From Candidatus Doudnabacteria bacterium RIFCSPHIGHO2_01_FULL_46_24 (lineage in GTDB: Bacteria > Patescibacteriota > Doudnabacteria > UBA920 > O2-02-FULL-48-8): 64,000 bases of DNA. Below are positions 19,712 to 28,212 of the stretch, one piece after another. Position numbers and translations under genes: made by a program. Location of the stretch: assembly GCA_001777575.1 (NCBI GenBank), contig MFEL01000010.1:20661-84660 (forward strand), in the 5' to 3' direction. The notes beneath the pieces are model-generated. The model worked only from the letters and a program-made list of their open reading frames with translations. It did not search any database and was not told the origin of the DNA. Each line of letters begins with the position of its first letter. The stretch's first letter is position 1.

Positions 19712-19820
19712 TATGAATCCCGTTAGAAATTCACTTTCAAGTTTTTTTAGCATGAATTTGTTTTATGAAATGGGCCAGGGTAAACAGCGTTCACAGCAAT
19801 TAAATTTCTAAACGGGATGA
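19712..19820 (+). repeat. inverted-repeat (MITE-like) element, copy 1: TIRs TATGAATCCCGTTAGAAATT / AATTTCTAAACGGGATGAA
   Basis: About 19-bp terminal inverted repeats flanking about 70 bp; the 3' TIR contains the rplI ATG (19817); second copy at 40021-40130. Confidence 0.75.
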
Positions 19821-20242
19821 AAATCATCCTAACCAAGGACGTTCCGGGATTTGGCAGAGCCGGAGAAATCAAGGAGGCCAGCGACGGCTATGCCCGAAAT
19901 TTTCTGCTCCGCAGACGCTTGGCGCTGCCTGCAACCGCTGAACTTCTTGCCAAGGTGCAGATTGAAGAACAGACGCGCCAAAACAGGCTAAAAGAACAGG
20001 AAGAATCAGCCGGGGCACTTAAATACAAACTGGAAGCGAAAACATTCGTCGTTAAAGCCAAAGCAAACAAGGACAGGCTATTTGCGGCCATTCATGAAAA
20101 AAACATTGCTGCGGCAACCGGTTTGGATGCGAAGCAGATTGTCATAAGTGAACCGATCAAAACTTTGGGCATGCACGAAGTAGAAGCCAAACTGTTTGAG
20201 AATATTAAAGCTAAAATTAAAATTAGCGTCGAAAGTTTATAA
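19817..20242 (+). CDS. rplI: 50S ribosomal protein L9
   Basis: [31 protein letters not shown]. Confidence 0.9.
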   Translation: MKIILTKDVPGFGRAGEIKEASDGYARNFLLRRRLALPATAELLAKVQIEEQTRQNRLKEQEESAGALKYKLEAKTFVVKAKANKDRLFAAIHEKNIAAATGLDAKQIVISEPIKTLGMHEVEAKLFENIKAKIKISVESL

Positions 20243-20286
20243 AGTTACTTTTGACTTTACTCACTTAGAACTCAGAACTTAGAACT
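20236..20286 (+). repeat. AGTTCTGAG-family repeat, copy B (partial, reverse orientation)
   Basis: tttataaagttacttttgactttactcacttagaactcagaacttagaact ends exactly at the pyrG ATG. Confidence 0.7.
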
Positions 20287-21918
20287 ATGCTTAAGAATAA
20301 GCGAAGCACTAAATACATCTTTGTTTCCGGCGGCGTCATTTCCGGTCTTGGTAAAGGCATCACCGCGGCATCCATTGCCGCTATTTTAAAAAGCAAAGGC
20401 TTCAAAGTTTCCCCTGTGAAAGTTGACATGTACCTGAATTTCGATGCCGGCACCATCCGCCCGCAGGAGCACGGGGAAGTTTTTGTCACGGACGATGGGG
20501 TAGAGACCGACCAAGATTTGGGCCACTATGAGCGTTTTTTGGACACCGACCTTTCCAAAGTCAACTACATTACCACTGGACAAGTTTATTCCGAAGTTCT
20601 GCGCCGCGAGCGCGCCTTTGAATACGACGGTGAGGATGTGGAAGCCATCCCGCACATCACAGACGAAATCATCCGCCGGTTCAAGCTCGCCGGCAAAAAC
20701 GCCGATTTTGTCATTATTGAGCTGGGCGGCACGGTCGGCGAGTATCAAAACGCGATTTTTTTCGAGGCCTCCCGATTGATGAAATTGCGAAACCCCAATG
20801 ACATCTTGCAGGTACACGTCGCGTATCTGCCAATACCCGGAAATTTAGGCGAGATGAAATCCAAACCAGTCCAGCAGTCAGTCCGGCTGCTAAACTCCAT
20901 GGGCATTGAGCCGGATTTTATTGTGGCCCGCGCTTCCTACCCGGTGGACGACCGACGCAAAGAGCGGATAGCGCTTTTTTGCAATGTCAAAAAAGAGGAT
21001 GTCATTTCCAATCCTGATGTGCCGTCCATTTACGAAGTGCCGCTAATTCTGCAACAGCAGAAGTTAGGAGAGAAAATTCTGGCCAAACTGGGCTTGTCGC
21101 CGGGCAAAAAAGACCTTTCCCCCTGGAAGAGACTAGCCAGGGTCTTCAAAACCGTTCGCAAAGAAGTCAGAATCGCAGTGGTCGGTAAATATTTTGCCAC
21201 CGGCGATTATCATTTGTCAGACGTATACGTCTCCATTATCGAAGCCCTGAAGGCCGCGTCGTGGGCGAACAAGGTCAAGCCCAAGCTAGTTTGGTTTGAT
21301 TCGGAAAAATTGGAAAAAACCGGCGCCGAAGTCCTTAAGAGTTTTGATGGTATTGTCATTACCCCCGGATTCGGAAAAAGGGGAGTGGAAGGGCTCATCC
21401 AAGCCATCACCTATGCCCGCACTAAAAAAATTCCGTATTTAGGGCTGTGCTACGGCATGCAAATGGCCACGATTGAATTCGCCAGAAACGTTTTGGGGCT
21501 CAAAGGCGCCCACACCACCGAGGTAGACCCAAAAACGCCGCATCCGATAATCCACATTATGCCAGACCAGGAAAAGAAACTTTTGAAAAAAGATTACGGC
21601 GCCTCTATGCGCTTAGGAGCCTGGCCGTGCAACCTTAGGGAGGGCACGCTAGCTTATAAAGCTTACGGCGAGAAAAAAATCCTGGAGCGCCACCGCCACC
21701 GCTATGAATTTAACAACAAGTACCGCAAACAATTCGAAGCTAAAGGCTTCATCTTCTCCGGCACCACGCCTGACGGCCTGCTGATTGAGATTATAGAACT
21801 CAAAGATCACCCCTTCTTCGTCGGCACCCAATTCCACCCTGAATTCAAATCCCGCCCGTTAAATCCCGGCCCCTTGTTCAAAGAATTCATCAAAGCCGCG
21901 GTTAAAAATAAAAAATAA
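20287..21918 (+). CDS. pyrG: CTP synthase
   Basis: YIFVSGGVISGLGKGITAASIA; GATase LGLCYGMQ; HPEF. Confidence 0.95.
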   Translation: MLKNKRSTKYIFVSGGVISGLGKGITAASIAAILKSKGFKVSPVKVDMYLNFDAGTIRPQEHGEVFVTDDGVETDQDLGHYERFLDTDLSKVNYITTGQVYSEVLRRERAFEYDGEDVEAIPHITDEIIRRFKLAGKNADFVIIELGGTVGEYQNAIFFEASRLMKLRNPNDILQVHVAYLPIPGNLGEMKSKPVQQSVRLLNSMGIEPDFIVARASYPVDDRRKERIALFCNVKKEDVISNPDVPSIYEVPLILQQQKLGEKILAKLGLSPGKKDLSPWKRLARVFKTVRKEVRIAVVGKYFATGDYHLSDVYVSIIEALKAASWANKVKPKLVWFDSEKLEKTGAEVLKSFDGIVITPGFGKRGVEGLIQAITYARTKKIPYLGLCYGMQMATIEFARNVLGLKGAHTTEVDPKTPHPIIHIMPDQEKKLLKKDYGASMRLGAWPCNLREGTLAYKAYGEKKILERHRHRYEFNNKYRKQFEAKGFIFSGTTPDGLLIEIIELKDHPFFVGTQFHPEFKSRPLNPGPLFKEFIKAAVKNKK

Positions 21919-21942
21919 ACGGTTGGGCGCAGTCCTTAATGG

Positions 21943-21986
21943 CTTCTATTCTAAAGGCTCAACCGCGGTTGAGCCTTTAGTGTTTT
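21943..21986 (+). terminator. rho-independent terminator after pyrG
   Basis: AAAGGCTCAACC-gcg-GGTTGAGCCTTT followed by agtgTTTTTg. Confidence 0.8.
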
Positions 21987-22112
21987 TGCATCAAAAACTA
22001 GACTTAAAATCAAAGATTATACTAATATAGGCTCTACAAGGAGGCGCTATGACGCAAGATGAGATCAAGAATCGGAAAGCGGAGCTCGACCTTCAGCGGG
22101 CTATAGCAAGCG

Positions 22113-22277
22113 ATGAACAAGAGGCAAGTCGAGCGAATTATCAGTAAACTTCAATCCGGGTGCAAGCACCCGAACGCGACTAGGGTCAGCGGCAACGACT
22201 GCAGCACCGAAACCTGCCTTGACTGTGGGCGTGTTCGTACCTGGAAACTCGATGGGCTAGCCATAATGATAAGCTAG
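22113..22277 (+). CDS. small Cys-rich ORF (54 aa, zinc-ribbon-like); it overlaps a 32-aa ORF (22049-22147) that has a strong SD
   Basis: MNKRQVERIISKLQSGCKHPNATRVSGNDCSTETCLDCGRVRTW...; the alternative 32-aa ORF MTQDEIKNRKAELDLQRAIASDEQEASRANYQ is preceded by AAGGAGG. Confidence 0.25.
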   Translation: MNKRQVERIISKLQSGCKHPNATRVSGNDCSTETCLDCGRVRTWKLDGLAIMIS

Positions 22278-22295
22278 ATTCCAGTCTGCGTCCTC

Positions 22296-22336
22296 ACCCC
22301 TGCAAACTCTGGCCTTGCAGGATTTTTATTTATCAA
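22296..22336 (+). terminator. rho-independent terminator
   Basis: CCTGCAA-actctggcc-TTGCAGG followed by aTTTTTaTTTaT. Confidence 0.7.
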
Positions 22337-22425
22337 GCAAATAATACCATGTTACTTAGCGTGGTAGTAGATGTAAAAAAAATAAAAAAGCCGCGGGTTG
22401 CGACTTGACTGGTTCGAGTAGGAAC

Positions 22426-22752
22426 TTAGCGTGTAGCCAAGTCCAAAATATGCTTCAACACCCTCCTTCTCCGTTCTCCGGCCTGGTGCAGAAGCAAATG
22501 AGTCTCATCAGCCTTCAGCTTCCGAAGTACAATCTCAACTTGCTGAGGAGAGCCCTGCAGGCTGTAGTTGTTGTTCTTCCGTAAAAGCTGAACTCCATTG
22601 AAAAGCATAGCCAGCTTCGGGTTGCAGACCGGGTCGCGAAATCTCGCGCGATTGAGCGTTCTGAGCTCCGACTTGCTTCCAACGATCGCAACTGCTTGCT
22701 GCACGCTGATTGGATGGCGAACTTCCGCAGCTAAGACATCGGGCGCTTTCAC
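22426..22752 (-). CDS. hypothetical protein with a C-terminal Rx4H motif (possible HEPN-like)
   Basis: GTG start preceded by AAGGGGG; RRRRVLKH near the C-terminus; its own TATACT -10 after the rpmA terminator. Confidence 0.35.
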   Translation of the reverse strand: MKAPDVLAAEVRHPISVQQAVAIVGSKSELRTLNRARFRDPVCNPKLAMLFNGVQLLRKNNNYSLQGSPQQVEIVLRKLKADETHLLLHQAGERRRRVLKHILDLATR

Positions 22753-22777
22753 GACACCCCCTTGGAGTTTGCGCTCA

Positions 22778-22812
22778 GTATATCATAAAAAAACCGCCCT
22801 AGTTCTTGGGCG
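22778..22812 (-). terminator. rho-independent terminator overlapping the rpmA stop
   Basis: Minus-strand CCGCCC-aagaacta-GGGCGG followed by TTTTTTT. Confidence 0.6.
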
Positions 22813-23083
22813 GTTCAATATGCACGAATTTTCGCTTATGCAGCTCACCGTCAAAGCCGCGGACTTTTTTGCTGGTGAATTTGACCGCGCCAGCAGCCAC
22901 GGCATAGAGACTGTCATCATTGCCGCGGCGAACATTTTTGCCCGGATGCCATTTGGTGCCGCGCTGTTTGATGATAATATTGCCGATTTTGGCTATCTGA
23001 CCGCCAAAAAGCTTGACACCCAATCTTTTGGATTGCGAATCACGCCCCAGCGCTGTACTGCCCCCGGCTTTTTTATGAGCCAT
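22799..23083 (-). CDS. rpmA: 50S ribosomal protein L27
   Basis: [29 protein letters not shown]...[20 protein letters not shown]. Confidence 0.95.
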   Translation of the reverse strand: MAHKKAGGSTALGRDSQSKRLGVKLFGGQIAKIGNIIIKQRGTKWHPGKNVRRGNDDSLYAVAAGAVKFTSKKVRGFDGELHKRKFVHIEPPKN

Positions 23084-23089
23084 ATGTGT

Positions 23090-24445
23090 TCAATTTTCAA
23101 GTTCTAAATTGCCAATTAAAACTTGATCATTATTTGATAATTGATCATTGCTAATTGTTAATTCTTCTTGCAATTTTCCGTATTGAAAAATTATTATTTC
23201 CCGTGCTACCACTTGATCCTTGCGGTCGTAGACGGTTGAGCCGCGCTCGGTAATTTTCAAAAATTTGTACTTCTTGGCAATGTCTTTGGGCAGCGGATCC
23301 ACAACAGTATAGCCGGAAGTGAGAGCAAAGTCAATGCTGGGCATATACTCATACTCGCTGGCTCTCAACTTATATGCCGGCAGACACATGACCACGCGGC
23401 ATCCGGACTGTAAAAATTTGGCAAATTCCTTAAAGACTTGGCTGTAAAGTTTTGTCAGCATTTTGAAATTTGCAGCCATCTCAGTCTTTTTTGGAACTTG
23501 GCCGTAAATGGGTCCAAGCGTGCCTTCGGTAATGATGGCTTTAATGTCGAACTTAGGCAGTTGCAAAGAAATTTCCGCGGCGTCGGATTGAAACAGCTTA
23601 TAACGCCCGATTGCGATATGGTAGCGGTTGCGAAACCATTCCAAATTTTTTTCGCTGTTCTCAATAGCTTTACTGTCTAGGTCCGAACCCACGACGCGCA
23701 AACCCAGCAAAGTCGCTTCCTGCAAGATCGTGCCGGAGCCGCAAAAAGGATCGAGGACGTAATCCAGCGGTTTGAAGTTGCCGCCCAGATTGATCATGGA
23801 TTGCGCCACTTTCGGCGGAATCATGCCCGCTTTTTCATCCCTGGCCGGGCGTTGGTAATCGCGACGACCATAGTCCTCGTAATTCTGCACGGATATGGTT
23901 TTGCCTATAAACACCCTCTGGGTGCCCGACACCACCACGATCTCCGCCCCTTTGGCCAAAATTTGGTTTTCAGTGACCTGCACTGACGACAAAGCCTGCG
24001 AGGGAAATAGCGGGATCACGGCGCGCACGCTGAGCGCGTCTTCTTGCAAAATCTTCTTGATTAGAAAAGCGACCCGGGTCGCTTCCTCGCGAAATCGAAG
24101 GGCCGGATCAAGAGTATAAATCGAAACGCCAAATTGTTTTTTGCCGGTGTAGGGCGTAAAATAATCGTTATTGATTTTCTTGAACGTAAAATAAGGGCCG
24201 AGGACTTGCGAGGGGTATTCCTTGCCCTTCTTTTGAAAAGTGTCAATAAGTCGTATAATCTTAATAACGCCGCCCAGACGAGGCTGAAGCTTTTCGGGGT
24301 TAAGTGGCTGGTCAAGCTCCAAGACCACGACTTCAGGGCCGCAAGCCATGACTTTATAGGCAAAGCCGGAATTTTTCAAAACCTCCAACAGCTCGGCAAG
24401 CGACAGGGTATACACCCGGCCCAAAATAAATGCGTATCTATGCAT
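23090..24445 (-). CDS. RNA methyltransferase, DPFCGSGT (N6-adenine/N2-guanine) class, RlmL/Trm14/THUMP-like
   Basis: SAM-motif VLDPFCGSGTILQEA; the first ATG at 24445 sits inside the palindrome ATGCAT (the alternative TTG at 24475 would give the 461-aa ORF). Confidence 0.55.
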   Translation of the reverse strand: MHRYAFILGRVYTLSLAELLEVLKNSGFAYKVMACGPEVVVLELDQPLNPEKLQPRLGGVIKIIRLIDTFQKKGKEYPSQVLGPYFTFKKINNDYFTPYTGKKQFGVSIYTLDPALRFREEATRVAFLIKKILQEDALSVRAVIPLFPSQALSSVQVTENQILAKGAEIVVVSGTQRVFIGKTISVQNYEDYGRRDYQRPARDEKAGMIPPKVAQSMINLGGNFKPLDYVLDPFCGSGTILQEATLLGLRVVGSDLDSKAIENSEKNLEWFRNRYHIAIGRYKLFQSDAAEISLQLPKFDIKAIITEGTLGPIYGQVPKKTEMAANFKMLTKLYSQVFKEFAKFLQSGCRVVMCLPAYKLRASEYEYMPSIDFALTSGYTVVDPLPKDIAKKYKFLKITERGSTVYDRKDQVVAREIIIFQYGKLQEELTISNDQLSNNDQVLIGNLELEN

Positions 24446-24820
24446 AAATTCAAAGAATTCGTAAAAAACCACCAACTAAAAATTGCGCTTTCTATAGGCT
24501 ATTTGCTGGTGGCCAGCCTGGCATTTGGATTGGGAAGGCTCACGGCGTTCAAATACGATGCCCCGGAAATTAATATTGAGCAGGCTTTCAGCGCGCCCAC
24601 CAATTATAGCGGAAGTGTCGCGGGAATTCAAACCGAAACTACTTCATCGACTAGCCCGACTGCCGATGATTGTCCCGGCAAAATCAAGGGCAACATCAGC
24701 TCAACCGGAAAAATTTATCATATGCCAGGCGGCGCGTTTTACAACCGCACAAACCCGGAAATCTGCTTTACGACCGAATCCGAAGCCCAAGCCGCCGGAT
24801 TCAGGAGGTCAAGTCGATGA
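24440..24820 (+). CDS. small secreted or membrane-anchored protein with a conserved C-terminal Cys-pair domain
   Basis: N-terminal hydrophobic anchor LKIALSIGYLLVASLAFGL; C-terminal CPGKIKGNISSTGKIYHMPGGAFYNRTNPEICFTTESEAQAAGFR. Confidence 0.35.
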   Translation: MHKFKEFVKNHQLKIALSIGYLLVASLAFGLGRLTAFKYDAPEINIEQAFSAPTNYSGSVAGIQTETTSSTSPTADDCPGKIKGNISSTGKIYHMPGGAFYNRTNPEICFTTESEAQAAGFRRSSR

Positions 24821-25998
24821 ATCGAATTTATCTCGACTACGCGGCAACCACGCCCCTTGACCCCGCTGTATCGAAAACCATACGGGACTTCGAATTGAAA
24901 TATTTAGGCAACCCAAGCTCGGTCCATCGCGAAGGGCAGCAGGCTCGGGCCGAAATAGATTTTGCCCGCGCCGCCATTGCCAAATTCCTCAATGCCAAAC
25001 CTCAAGAAATAATTTTTACATCAGGAGCCACAGAAGCAAACAATCATGCTATCAAGGGAGTGGTCAGCCGCGCCCTTTTTGACTGGGGGATGCGGCCGCA
25101 TATCATTACAACCGAACTTGAGCATCATTCCGTTTACAATGTCGTCAAGGAAATGGAAAAAAGGGGAGTGGTGGAAGCGACCTTCATTAAGCCAAGTTCA
25201 GACGGCCTGATTTCCGCTGACCAAGTGATCAAGGAAATCAAGAATAATACCGTCTTAATCTCCGTTATTTTCGTCTCCAACGAGATCGGCTCCGTCCTGC
25301 CAATCAGAGAAATAGGCAAGCAACTATCATCTATCAACTCTCATCTATCAACTAACCGAAAAGTTTTTTTCCACGTTGACGCCGTCCAGGCCGCTAAATT
25401 CTACAATCTCAACGTCGAAAAACTAGGATGCGACCTCATGACTATTACTGCCCACAAACTTTACGGCCCCAAGGGAGTTGGGGCACTATATATGAGAACA
25501 GGGCTTAAAATCGATAATTTGATGTCTGGCGGGGCTCAAGAATACGCCATGAGGCCGGGCACCCAAAATACGGCTGGGATCATCGGTTTTGCCAAGGCAG
25601 TTAAACTGTTAGGCGGTTTGGAAGAGCGCGAAGCTTTGGGTAAAAAAATTGGCGAATTACGTAATCAATTACGTAATTCAATCGAATCAATTCCCGGCGT
25701 TGAAATGAATGGTCCGATGGGGGACTGTCGAAGCCCGGACAACTTAAGCGTTACCGTGCGCGACATTGACCAAGACAGCCTGATTACCGCTCTGGATCTA
25801 GCCGGCATCGCGGCTTCCACCGGCTCGGCCTGCGTTTCCGGCTCATCCGAGCCCTCCCACGTCATCCAAGCGCTTGGTAAAATTACAGACAGCCAGTCAG
25901 CCACAGTTAGATTCACTTTGGGTAAATTCACTACTGAAAAAGAGATTAAACAAATACTCAAAATTTTTCCCGAAATTGTAAACAGGCTTAGGAAATAA
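24817..25998 (+). CDS. cysteine desulfurase (class V aminotransferase, IscS/NifS-like)
   Basis: ATG at 24817 preceded by AGGAGG; YLDYAATTPLDP; SGATEANN; a PLP lysine region in AHKLYGPKG. Confidence 0.9.
   Translation: MNRIYLDYAATTPLDPAVSKTIRDFELKYLGNPSSVHREGQQARAEIDFARAAIAKFLNAKPQEIIFTSGATEANNHAIKGVVSRALFDWGMRPHIITTELEHHSVYNVVKEMEKRGVVEATFIKPSSDGLISADQVIKEIKNNTVLISVIFVSNEIGSVLPIREIGKQLSSINSHLSTNRKVFFHVDAVQAAKFYNLNVEKLGCDLMTITAHKLYGPKGVGALYMRTGLKIDNLMSGGAQEYAMRPGTQNTAGIIGFAKAVKLLGGLEEREALGKKIGELRNQLRNSIESIPGVEMNGPMGDCRSPDNLSVTVRDIDQDSLITALDLAGIAASTGSACVSGSSEPSHVIQALGKITDSQSATVRFTLGKFTTEKEIKQILKIFPEIVNRLRK
25318..25360 (+). repeat. in-frame ATCAACTATCA-type short repeat inserted in the cysteine desulfurase CDS
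   Basis: caactatcatctatcaactctcatctatcaacta encodes QLSSINSHLSTN; related to 34262-34312 in fmt. Confidence 0.6.
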
Positions 25999-26000
25999 AA

Positions 26001-26031
26001 AAAGGGGACAGCCATAGACTGTCCCGACTGC
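26001..26031 (-). terminator. terminator for the minus-strand gene at 26048-26902 (hairpin plus T-run on the minus strand)
   Basis: GGGACAG-ccataga-CTGTCCC with AAAAAAA upstream on the plus strand (a T-run on the minus strand). Confidence 0.55.
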
Positions 26032-26047
26032 GGCGATCGGTCCGTCG

Positions 26048-26902
26048 CTAGTCCAACTTCAACTTGCCGACCGCCTTGCGCCACTTCCTGAGCAAGCCGT
26101 CGAGCCTCCTATTCTCCGCCCGAAGGCGCTTGTTTTCCTCGAGAACCTCGAGCGTAGCCGTTGCGATCAGCTCGATGTTCTCAGCCAGGAATACGGCCGA
26201 GTCCTTCTGCGCCGCTTCCTGCTTCAGCACGCGCTTCCGCTGGCGTACCGACTTCCGCGTCGTCTTTTTGGCAGGCTTGGCCGTGACCACGCCCGCTGCC
26301 TGGCGGGCCTTGCGGATCGCTTGCGCCAAGCCGCCGAGCGTGGCGTCCTTGTAGCCAGTCTCATGTACCTTGCCAAGGATTGCCTTAGCAGAGGCCTGAC
26401 AACTCAGGGCGGCATTGTCCAGCGTGGCTGCAAACTTCCACAACTGCTGCAAGCCAAGCTTGGTGTACTTATCTTTGCCATGCTTGGTAGCACTGGCTGT
26501 TGCCGGGGTCATACGCACCTCCTTCGGAATTGCCGCCACCAGCCTGGCTGGCAGAACGGCGGTTGTGATTGGCACTGTTGCCGGAGCCGGCTTGATCGGC
26601 CTCCGGTAGGCCAGAATCAGGTTCTTGATCTGACCAATTTCCATCAGCTGGACCGAGAACGCGATCCCTTGCCGCTTCGCCATCTTCTTCACCCGTTCTA
26701 CGATAGGATGGGAAAGATACTTGGCAAAGTACACCTGAAACACCGAACCCGGAATATCACTCTTGCGTTCCCCATCCTGGTCGCTCCAGAAGATTACCTT
26801 CGGATCGCGCCAAAGCTCGGCCCAGTCCCTAGGCAGCCCCCCAACGACGAGTATATGTCCGCGTCGCACTCTGATATCACCTCCTTCAAACGTGCCAGTC
26901 AC
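26048..26902 (-). CDS. DUF2325-like domain protein with a C-terminal basic region plus leucine-zipper-like coiled coil (high GC)
   Basis: HILVVGG...DIPGSVFQVYFAKYLSHPIVERVKKMAKRQGIAF resembles DUF2325; C-terminus KKTTRKSVRQRKRVLKQEAAQK followed by LEENKRLRAENRRLDGLLRK; GC about 60 percent against a background of about 47 percent. Confidence 0.5.
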   Translation of the reverse strand: MTGTFEGGDIRVRRGHILVVGGLPRDWAELWRDPKVIFWSDQDGERKSDIPGSVFQVYFAKYLSHPIVERVKKMAKRQGIAFSVQLMEIGQIKNLILAYRRPIKPAPATVPITTAVLPARLVAAIPKEVRMTPATASATKHGKDKYTKLGLQQLWKFAATLDNAALSCQASAKAILGKVHETGYKDATLGGLAQAIRKARQAAGVVTAKPAKKTTRKSVRQRKRVLKQEAAQKDSAVFLAENIELIATATLEVLEENKRLRAENRRLDGLLRKWRKAVGKLKLD

Positions 26903-27060
26903 GAACTAATAAACCTACCATAACCGAGTAATTTTGTCCAGGCGCCACGGATGTGCAGGATTGACTTTGTCGGAGATTTTTGTTATACTTATCCGTTCTT
27001 TCGTATATGAGTCCCAAGGAGGACTTTTTGCGCGCCATACCGGCGCGCGTGGAGGCAACG

Positions 27061-28137
27061 ATGAGACGCTTGCTCGTAGCGGTCGCGCTCGTGGCATTTC
27101 TGCTCGGTATCGTGACTGGAGCAAAAGCTGGCGGAGTGGAACGGACCATCTTGTCGCTGGACCTCAACAGCGACGGTCGGGAGGATCTGCTCGTATACGA
27201 CCCGACGACCGGCGCGTTCACACGAGTGTTCCAGTATCCCGGCTGGCCATACGCCGCGCCGACCGAATACTGGCTGCCAGGGATGAATGTGGTCATGGGA
27301 TTTCTGGACGAGGATGCCTCGCCAGACGTGATCTTCTACGACCCGGCAACCGGCCTGGTCTGGCAGGCTCTCAACTACGCTGGGACGCTATATGTTACCA
27401 CCGTCACGTCCTGGCCCAGGGGCATGCTGGCGTACCCGTTTGACCACAACGGCGACGGGGCTACGGATTTCTTCCTGTACAACCGGGTAACAGGGGAGTG
27501 GTCACTCCAGCTCAACACCTGGAACGGCTACTTCACGGAAGTCAACGGCCGGTGGTCTGAGGGCTGGGAGATACGAGTGGGTAACTTCTCCGCCTTCGAT
27601 CATAACCAGGACCTGCTCCTGTACAACCGGGAGACAGGCGTCTGGTACAAGGCCCTGTCTGACGGCTTCGGCGGGTTCTATTACTCACAGCCTGGCCGCT
27701 GGTCGCCGGGATGGAACGTGTCCATCGGGCGATTCAATATCGACGCGGCCGATGACGTGTTCCTCTACAACCCTGTAACCGGAGTCTGGTTTCGGGTCTT
27801 CTCGGATGGCTGGACCGGCTTCTACTGGTACGAGAGGGGGGGATGGTCGGCGGGGTGGAGTGTTCTCATCGCGAGGCTGGAAAAACGCGGCCTCGATGAC
27901 CTGATTCTCTACCATGCTGGCACTGGCGCTGGGTTCGCCTGCGTAACGCAAGCCTACGCCGGCTTCAGGTACCATCGGCTGACGCTGTACAATAGTGCCG
28001 TGCCGATGGTGCAGGACTTCAGCGGGGATCGGCTGTCCGATCTGCTGCTGTGGATTGACCTGACCAACCCGGTCGGGTTCAGTCGGTACAAGTCCGTGCT
28101 AAGAGGAGGCAACTTCGACCACCTTGAGTGGTGGTAG
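27061..28137 (+). CDS. secreted FG-GAP/VCBS-like repeat protein, predicted 7-bladed beta-propeller (high GC)
   Basis: Signal peptide MRRLLVAVALVAFLLGIVTGAKA; 7 repeats of about 50 aa with D-x-[DN]-x-D-G-x-x-D-L/F plus the hydrophobic YNxxTGxW pattern. Confidence 0.6.
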   Translation: MRRLLVAVALVAFLLGIVTGAKAGGVERTILSLDLNSDGREDLLVYDPTTGAFTRVFQYPGWPYAAPTEYWLPGMNVVMGFLDEDASPDVIFYDPATGLVWQALNYAGTLYVTTVTSWPRGMLAYPFDHNGDGATDFFLYNRVTGEWSLQLNTWNGYFTEVNGRWSEGWEIRVGNFSAFDHNQDLLLYNRETGVWYKALSDGFGGFYYSQPGRWSPGWNVSIGRFNIDAADDVFLYNPVTGVWFRVFSDGWTGFYWYERGGWSAGWSVLIARLEKRGLDDLILYHAGTGAGFACVTQAYAGFRYHRLTLYNSAVPMVQDFSGDRLSDLLLWIDLTNPVGFSRYKSVLRGGNFDHLEWW

Positions 28138-28166
28138 CTACGCCGAGCCGACTCGACGCAGCAAGG

Positions 28167-28212
28167 GTCGCGCGGCAGGGTTCAGCCCCTGACCGCGCGA
28201 CCCTTCTTTTTT
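28167..28212 (+). terminator. rho-independent terminator
   Basis: GGGTCGCGCGG-17nt-CCGCGCGACCC followed by TTCTTTTTTT. Confidence 0.85.

Noticed and set aside
22390-22425. tRNA-like GGTTCGAGTAGG segment
   Set aside because: It has no acceptor stem pairing or anticodon arm. It is only a partial T-loop resemblance.
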